DNA of 64,000 nucleotides from a gamma proteobacterium symbiont of Ctena orbiculata (GTDB lineage Bacteria; Pseudomonadota; Gammaproteobacteria; Chromatiales; Chromatiaceae): NCBI GenBank assembly GCA_003058495.1, contig QBVC01000008.1, positions 19,164 to 83,163 of the forward strand, read 5' to 3'. Shown piece by piece: positions 58,102 to 64,000 of this stretch (position 1 is its first letter; each line of letters starts with the position of its first letter). The notes under the pieces were generated by a model. It saw only the letters and a program-made list of their open reading frames with translations, ran no database searches and was not told where the DNA came from. The position numbers and the translations under genes were made by a program.

Positions 58102-59787
58102 TCACCCGTTTAACGCGATGATCTCCACCGGTTTGCCCCGCTTGTGCTGCTTCGGCCATACCGCATAGCGGCCGGGCGCTTCGACGCCATGACCAAGCCG
58201 TCTGATCAGCCCCACGGCCTCCGCCCTGAGGGTGAGCAGCGGCAGTCTCCTTCGTCTGCCATCGACCACGAACCGCTCCGACTGCCCAAGCTGTTGCGCA
58301 ATCCACTGCGGTGTCTTGCCGGTGGTCAGGCTGAAATGGCTGTAGTCCCACAGCAGCCACTCCCCCAGTACCGGATGCTGATTCAGATAGGGCTGCAGGA
58401 ATCCTGTCAGATGATTGAAGATTGTATCGGGCTGCAGGTTGTCCCGCGCCAGACCCTCGCCGCACACCCGCATCAGTTCGTCGAAGCAGGCACAGAGTGA
58501 GCCTTGGAAACAGCGCTCCACCACTCCCGCCAGGGTAGTGCGCAGATGACCGCTGTTCCAGAGACGCTCCAGCAGCGCGGCATAGCGCTTGAAGCGTGCA
58601 ATCTCGCTGAATTCGAGATGCGGATGGGAGAGCACCTCATAGGGTGGATCGGGATCCCAGCGATAACCCAGCGCCTCGGCCTGATCCAACAGCGGCGTTC
58701 CCGGAAGCAGTTTCAACGTTCCCAGCTGCAGGTGATCGGCATGGAGCGAGAAGGTTCGGTCGAGGGCGCTGGCGCACTGCCGCGCGTTCTCCCCGGGAAG
58801 TCCCACGATCAGATCGAGGTGGACCGGGTGGCGCCGCATCTCCACCAGCTGGCGGATGTTTTGCAGCGCCTTGGAAATATCCATGCTTCGTCGGATGGTC
58901 TCCAAGACGCCCTCATCGAGGGTTTGCAGGCCGATTTCGAACTGAAATTTGCCGGGCTGCGCCGCTGCAAAGATCGCCATCGCCTGCTGCGAGATGCGAT
59001 CGGGATTGAGTTCGAGGTGAAAACGCAGTCCCGGCGGGGTCCCGGCGAACCGCTCCAGCAGTCTGCAGCTTCTCTCCTTGCCGAGATGAAAACTGCGGTC
59101 GATGAGCTTTACGGTTTTGTTTTCGAGTCTCTCCAGCTGCCGCAGATCCTGCTCTATCCGCGTCAGCGGAAGGCTCCTCAGACGATCCGTGGCGCTGCTG
59201 CAGAAGCTGCAGCGGTAGGGACAACCCCTCGATGTCTCCCAATAGACCAGGGGGCGATTCGTCTCCGCCACGCCTGCGGCAATCGGCGACGGTATCCTGT
59301 CGACAGGCAGCAATTCGACTCGATTCTCGCGCGTCGCTCCATGCGCTCGATAGACCAACCCGGAGATCTTCTCTAATCCGCCCTTGCCATAGAGGATGAA
59401 ACTTACCAGGTCATTGAACGCCGCCTCGCCCTCCCCCCGAATGACAAAATCGAGGCTCGGTGTCTCTTGCAAAAGCCGCGCCCCTCTGGGGCCCGCCTCT
59501 GGTCCGCCAAACACGATCACCAGATCGGGCAGCAACCGCTTCAGCAGTTTTGAGAGATGGATGGCCGCAGTGATATTCCACAAATAGGTGGAGATGCCGA
59601 CGATCCTCGGCCGCAGCGCCACCAGCGCCTCCAGCAGCGGCTGGTGATTGCTGTTGACCAGCGATTCGAACAGCCGTAACCGGTCGTAGTAGGGCTCGTG
59701 CCTGGCATAGGCCGCTATGGACTGCAGTGCCAGCGAGCTATGGCTATAACCGGCATGGAGCGCAACCAGGGCGATCATTTCAGTCAT
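58102..59787 (-). CDS. B12-binding domain radical SAM protein
   Basis: N-terminal cobalamin-binding-like domain (GISTYLWN, VFGGPE), ETSRGCPYRCSFC, EIGLQT and DLIVGLPGE motifs. Confidence 0.88.
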   Translation of the reverse strand: MTEMIALVALHAGYSHSSLALQSIAAYARHEPYYDRLRLFESLVNSNHQPLLEALVALRPRIVGISTYLWNITAAIHLSKLLKRLLPDLVIVFGGPEAGPRGARLLQETPSLDFVIRGEGEAAFNDLVSFILYGKGGLEKISGLVYRAHGATRENRVELLPVDRIPSPIAAGVAETNRPLVYWETSRGCPYRCSFCSSATDRLRSLPLTRIEQDLRQLERLENKTVKLIDRSFHLGKERSCRLLERFAGTPPGLRFHLELNPDRISQQAMAIFAAAQPGKFQFEIGLQTLDEGVLETIRRSMDISKALQNIRQLVEMRRHPVHLDLIVGLPGENARQCASALDRTFSLHADHLQLGTLKLLPGTPLLDQAEALGYRWDPDPPYEVLSHPHLEFSEIARFKRYAALLERLWNSGHLRTTLAGVVERCFQGSLCACFDELMRVCGEGLARDNLQPDTIFNHLTGFLQPYLNQHPVLGEWLLWDYSHFSLTTGKTPQWIAQQLGQSERFVVDGRRRRLPLLTLRAEAVGLIRRLGHGVEAPGRYAVWPKQHKRGKPVEIIALNG

Positions 59788-60078
59788 ATTACAACGCTGC
59801 TTGAGTGTGACATGGGGATCATGGTGGCTGATTGGGCGCTGTCGATTCCTACTCTATTCCCTGTTTCGTCTCAATCATAGCGCATCAGCCACAGGGCCGG
59901 ATTTCCGCTGCTAAATTAGGTAAAAATCCCTCGATTTCACCGACATGCCAAGTTATCATTTGGCACTTTTACAGGCTAGCGGCCAGCTTGGCGCCTTTGA
60001 CCGGGGCCCGGTCTCTAGCCGGGATCTTCTCATTACCCTGACTTCAACGACTCAGGTTCGCTTTAACAAGGATAAAGT

Positions 60079-61356
60079 ATGTTTGATCTTGGGAAAGTGC
60101 ACATCGGTGTGCTCGGCCTCGGTTATGTGGGACTGCCGCTGGCGGTGGAATTCGGCAAGAAGTATCCGACGATAGGCCTGGATATCAACGAGGCCCGCGT
60201 CGCTGAGCTCAAATCGGGACAAGACAGCTCTCTCGAGGTCGACCCTGAAGAGCTGCAGCAGGTGCCACACCTGAGCTACACCAGCAATCTTGACGATCTA
60301 AAACCCTGCAATGTCTATGTCGTCACGGTTCCGACTCCGATCAACGAGCACAAGCAGCCCGACCTCTCCCCCCTGATCGGCGCCAGCCACGCCCTTGGCA
60401 GGGTGCTGAAGAAGGGTGATATCGCAATTTTCGAATCCACCGTCTATCCGGGTGCGACCGAAGAGGTCTGCATACCGATCATGGAAGCGGATTCGGGATT
60501 GCGATTCAACGAGGATTTCTACGTGGGTTACAGTCCGGAGCGGATCAACCCCGGCGACAAGGAACACCGCCTGTCGACGATAAAGAAGGTGACCTCGGGA
60601 TCCACCCCCGAGGTGGCCGATTTCGTGGATGCGCTCTATCGTTCGATCATCACCGCCGGCACCCATAAGGCCAGCAGCATCAAGGTCGCGGAAGCCGCCA
60701 AGGTGATCGAGAATACCCAGCGCGATGTCAATATCGCGCTGATCAACGAGCTGGCATTGATCTTCAACCGCCTGGATATAGACACCCTGGAAGTGCTCGA
60801 AGCGGCCGGCAGCAAATGGAATTTCCTTCCCTTCAGGCCGGGTCTGGTCGGCGGCCACTGCATCGGTGTCGATCCCTACTATCTTACCCATAAGGCCCAG
60901 TCGATCGGCTATCAGCCGGAGATCATCCTTGCCGGGCGACGACTCAACGACGGCATGGGCGCCTACGTGGTGCACAGCGTGGTGAAGATGATGATGAAGC
61001 GGGGGATAGCCTCCAGCAACAGCAAGGCGCTGGTTTTGGGTTTGACCTTCAAGGAGAACTGCCCCGACCTCAGAAACACCCGGGTGGTCGATATCGTCTC
61101 CGAATTCGAGGATTACGGCGCCCAGGTCGATGTCTACGATCCCTGGGTATCGGCTGATGAGGCTGAGCAGGAGTATGGACTGCAACCGATCACGGATCTC
61201 AAGGAGGGCGAATATGACGCGGTCATTCTCGCCGTCGCCCACCGCGAGTTCCAACAGATGGGCGCGGAAAAGATTCGCGCGCTATGCAAGGAGAACGGGG
61301 TTCTCTTCGACGTCAAGAACGTCCTCCCTGCCGATAAGGTCGACGCAAGACTATGA
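60079..61356 (+). CDS. UDP-N-acetylhexosamine 6-dehydrogenase (TviB/WbpO family)
   Basis: [27 protein letters not shown] and [12 protein letters not shown] motifs. Confidence 0.94.
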   Translation: MFDLGKVHIGVLGLGYVGLPLAVEFGKKYPTIGLDINEARVAELKSGQDSSLEVDPEELQQVPHLSYTSNLDDLKPCNVYVVTVPTPINEHKQPDLSPLIGASHALGRVLKKGDIAIFESTVYPGATEEVCIPIMEADSGLRFNEDFYVGYSPERINPGDKEHRLSTIKKVTSGSTPEVADFVDALYRSIITAGTHKASSIKVAEAAKVIENTQRDVNIALINELALIFNRLDIDTLEVLEAAGSKWNFLPFRPGLVGGHCIGVDPYYLTHKAQSIGYQPEIILAGRRLNDGMGAYVVHSVVKMMMKRGIASSNSKALVLGLTFKENCPDLRNTRVVDIVSEFEDYGAQVDVYDPWVSADEAEQEYGLQPITDLKEGEYDAVILAVAHREFQQMGAEKIRALCKENGVLFDVKNVLPADKVDARL

Positions 61357-62402
61357 CGGCCTACGACTCACTGAAGGATAGTTTATTATCAAACCAATCG
61401 AGCTGGCTGATCACCGGCGTTGCCGGTTTCATCGGTTCCAATCTGCTGGAACGCCTGTTGACCCTCGGGCAGAACGTCACCGGCCTCGACAACTTCGCCA
61501 CCGGCCACCGACACAATTTTGACAAGGTCAGGGAGGCCGTCTCGGCGGAGCAGTGGAGCCGGTTCAAGTTCATCGAAGGCGATATCAGCAAGCTCGACAG
61601 CTGCCGCGAGGCCTGCGATGGGATCGATTACGTACTGCACCAGGCTGCACTGGGATCGGTCCCCCGCTCCCTCGCCGATCCCATCACCACCAATGAAAGC
61701 AACATCACGGGCTTTCTGAACATGCTGGTTGCCGCCCGCGACGCCAAGGTCAGGCGTTTTGTCTATGCGGCATCGAGCTCAACCTATGGCGACCACCCGG
61801 GACTGCCGAAGGTCGAGGATAGAATAGGCAATCCGCTCTCGCCCTACGCGGTGACAAAGCTGGTCAACGAACACTATGCCCAGGTGTTTGCCCGCTGTTA
61901 CGGCTTCAAAACCATCGGCCTGCGCTATTTCAATATCTTCGGCCGCCGTCAGGACCCCAATGGCGCCTACGCCGCGGTCATTCCGAAATGGGTGGCCGCC
62001 ATGATCGGCAATCAAGCGCTCTTTATCAACGGCGACGGCGAGACCAGCCGCGACTTCTGCTATATCGATAACGCGGTGCAGGCCAACCTGCTGGCCGCCA
62101 CCTGTGAAAACCCGGCGGCAGCTGACCAGGTTTACAATATCGCGGTCGGCGATCGCACCACGCTGAACCAGCTCTTTTCCAAGATCCGCGAGATCCTGGC
62201 GCAAAGCTACCCGCATCTGCACGAGACCGCACCCACCTACCGCGATTTCCGGGCGGGTGATGTCCGCCATTCACTGGCCGATATCGGCAAGGCGAGGGAA
62301 CTGCTCGGTTATGAGCCGAGCCACAACATCGATCAGGGCCTGGCTGAGGCCATGCGCTGGTATATCGATGACCTGGCCGGCTCTGAGGCGCCGTTGATGT
62401 AG
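61353..62402 (+). CDS. UDP-GlcNAc(A) C4-epimerase (TviC/WbpP family)
   Basis: [29 protein letters not shown] and YAAVIPKW motifs; start overlaps the previous stop. Confidence 0.93.
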   Translation: MTAYDSLKDSLLSNQSSWLITGVAGFIGSNLLERLLTLGQNVTGLDNFATGHRHNFDKVREAVSAEQWSRFKFIEGDISKLDSCREACDGIDYVLHQAALGSVPRSLADPITTNESNITGFLNMLVAARDAKVRRFVYAASSSTYGDHPGLPKVEDRIGNPLSPYAVTKLVNEHYAQVFARCYGFKTIGLRYFNIFGRRQDPNGAYAAVIPKWVAAMIGNQALFINGDGETSRDFCYIDNAVQANLLAATCENPAAADQVYNIAVGDRTTLNQLFSKIREILAQSYPHLHETAPTYRDFRAGDVRHSLADIGKARELLGYEPSHNIDQGLAEAMRWYIDDLAGSEAPLM

Positions 62403-62486
62403 CGGGACCGGATCAGCATGCGGCCGTCCCGACGGGACGCATCAACCTCAGAGTCGTTCACGAATCAGCAATCAGGAACTCTAATC

Positions 62487-63497
62487 ATGCGAGTACTCGT
62501 CACCGGCGGAGCCGGTTTCATTGGTTCAGCGCTGGCGCTACGCCTGTTGGCGCGCGGCGATGAGGTCATCAGCATCGACTGTCTCAATGACTACTACGAT
62601 GTCGAGCTGAAAAAGGCCCGTCTTGCGCGCACCCTGGAACATCCCAATTTCACCGACCTGCGGCTTGAACTCGAGGATCGCGAGGGTATTGCCAGGGCCT
62701 TTTCCGACTACAAGCCGGATAGGGTGGTGAACCTGGCGGCGCAGGCAGGGGTGCGCTATTCCCTGGAAAATCCCCTCGCCTACATCGACTCCAACCTGGT
62801 GGGTTTCGGCCATATCCTGGAGGGGTGCAGGCAGCATGATGTTCAACACCTGGTCTATGCCTCGAGCAGTTCGGTCTATGGCGCCAACACCTCCATGCCC
62901 TTCTCCGTGCACGACAATGTGGATCATCCCGTCAGTCTCTATGCAGCGACGAAAAAGGCCAACGAATTGATGGCCCACACCTACAGCCATCTCTACCGTC
63001 TACCCACCACCGGCCTGCGCTTCTTTACCGTTTACGGCCCCTGGAGCAGGCCCGACATGGCGATGCTCAAGTTTGCCCACAGGATCATGCGCGGCGAACC
63101 GATCGACGTCTACAACTACGGCAAGCATCGCCGGGATTTCACCTACATCGACGATATCGTGGAGGGCGTCATCCGGGTGCTGGACCGGATACCCCAACCC
63201 GATCCGGAGTGGGACAGCGATCATCCCGACTCGGCAACCAGCACCGCGCCCTATCGCCTCTACAACATCGGCAACAACCAACCCGTAGAGTTGATGCGCT
63301 ACATAGAGCTGCTCGAGGAGAGCCTCGGCAGAAAGGCTGAAATCAATATGCTGCCGCTGCAGGATGGGGATGTTGTGGCCACCTACGCCGACGTCTCGGA
63401 TCTGATCGCGGACACCGGCTACAAACCCGATACCCGGCTTGAAACGGGCGTGGCGGAGTTTGCGCATTGGTTTCTGGAGTACTACGGTTACAGCTAG
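62487..63497 (+). CDS. UDP-glucuronate 4-epimerase family SDR
   Basis: [37 protein letters not shown] and YNIGN motifs. Confidence 0.92.
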   Translation: MRVLVTGGAGFIGSALALRLLARGDEVISIDCLNDYYDVELKKARLARTLEHPNFTDLRLELEDREGIARAFSDYKPDRVVNLAAQAGVRYSLENPLAYIDSNLVGFGHILEGCRQHDVQHLVYASSSSVYGANTSMPFSVHDNVDHPVSLYAATKKANELMAHTYSHLYRLPTTGLRFFTVYGPWSRPDMAMLKFAHRIMRGEPIDVYNYGKHRRDFTYIDDIVEGVIRVLDRIPQPDPEWDSDHPDSATSTAPYRLYNIGNNQPVELMRYIELLEESLGRKAEINMLPLQDGDVVATYADVSDLIADTGYKPDTRLETGVAEFAHWFLEYYGYS

Positions 63498-63589
63498 AAA
63501 AAAGCGGGCGGGGAAGGACCCTGGAGGCAGATGGGCCGCAGTCCCCGCCCAGACTAGCGCTTAACACGGAAACGACCAACCGTGAGCGT
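63498..63589 (-). ncRNA. Putative FNR-family-activated small RNA (~92 nt)
   Basis: Two hairpins ending in a 9-bp GC stem and U6; no AUG; upstream -10 TAACCT and an FNR-like box centred at -41.5. Confidence 0.55.
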
Positions 63590-63595
63590 AGAGAG

Positions 63596-63638
63596 AGGTT
63601 AAAGATTCTTGGCCCTGCAGACATTGACGCAGGTCAAT
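63596..63638 (-). promoter_or_regulatory. Class II FNR/CRP-family promoter
   Basis: ATTGAC-GCAG-GTCAAT palindrome (63623-63638); -10 TAACCT at 63601-63596; predicted +1 is A at 63589. Confidence 0.6.
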
Positions 63639-63692
63639 AAACCATGACAAAGATCTGGTTATTGACCGCCGGGCTTCAGCAGTGTCCGGGTT

Positions 63693-64000
63693 TTACTCCT
63701 CAATGGCCGCAACGCCCCCGAAAATCTCGAAGAGACGGGGTAAAAAGCGACGGAACTCCAGACTCATCAGGGTGAAACGGCCATCGAAGGCATCGGCCTC
63801 GCTCTCGATCTGCTGATCCGCGGCCTGCTCCTGGATCAGGTCGAGGAACTTCAGACGCTTGATGGAGAGATCCCCATCGATCTGGCATGAGAGGCGCTGA
63901 TCCCACTCGACGGCGAGCTTGATCACCTCCTTGCCGGCCTCGATATGGGCCATCATCTCCGCCGCCGACAGATCCTGCCCCTTGCAACGCAGCATGCTCG
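63693..64000 (-). CDS. rdgC: Recombination-associated protein RdgC (C-terminal part; truncated by window edge)
   Basis: RCKGQDLSAAEMMAHIEAGKEVIKLAVEW..SIKRLKF..FTLMSLEF matches the RdgC C-terminus. Confidence 0.85.
   Translation of the reverse strand, partial: SMLRCKGQDLSAAEMMAHIEAGKEVIKLAVEWDQRLSCQIDGDLSIKRLKFLDLIQEQAADQQIESEADAFDGRFTLMSLEFRRFLPRLFEIFGGVAAIEE

Noticed and set aside
63632-63667. Hairpin GGTCAATAAACCA/TGGTTATTGACC as an rdgC terminator
   Set aside because: No following U-tract and it overlaps the FNR-like box; its function is unclear, so it is not called.
1-64000. CRISPR arrays, rRNA, tRNA, transposases, integrases
   Set aside because: No regularly spaced repeat-spacer array, no recognisable rRNA or tRNA sequence and no DDE, HUH or tyrosine recombinase motif was seen by eye; tRNAscan and Infernal were not run.

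Overview
Chromosomal window from a GC-rich gammaproteobacterium; the gene content is compatible with a Chromatiales/Sedimenticola-like sulfur oxidiser, but that placement is inference only. Bases 1-13.1 kb are the 3' half of a type VI secretion system (tssG-tssH/clpV-tagH/fha-tssJKLM-tagF-PP2C phosphatase) in the gene order of P. aeruginosa H1-T6SS. The ppkA-tagTSRQ block that normally follows is replaced by a LysM-TPR lipoprotein. A membrane Ser/Thr kinase with unusual architecture lies about 8 kb away on the opposite strand, upstream of a LysM-like/CE4 deacetylase lipoprotein and a TPR lipoprotein. The rest is mostly housekeeping: tpx, MTI phosphorylase-hpt-nagZ, a peptide ABC transporter with an embedded ElsL-like YkuD protein, rlmD, cysM, the rpoE-rseABC-degQ-lepA-lepB-rnc-era-recO-pdxJ supercluster, nadB, AmmeMemoRadiSam genes followed by a stand-alone RepB-type primase domain, hypF, tmcA, a B12-radical SAM gene, three nucleotide-sugar genes and the end of rdgC. 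The best candidates for new biology are (1) a peptidoglycan-linked phospho-signalling module attached to the T6SS, (2) an unannotated ~92-nt FNR-type-promoter sRNA with an anti-Shine-Dalgarno loop at 63498-63589, (3) a putative murein-peptide recycling ABC operon, and (4) a primase-domain gene in the AmmeMemoRadiSam operon. No rRNA, tRNA, CRISPR array or transposase was seen. All calls come from reading motifs by eye; no database search was run.
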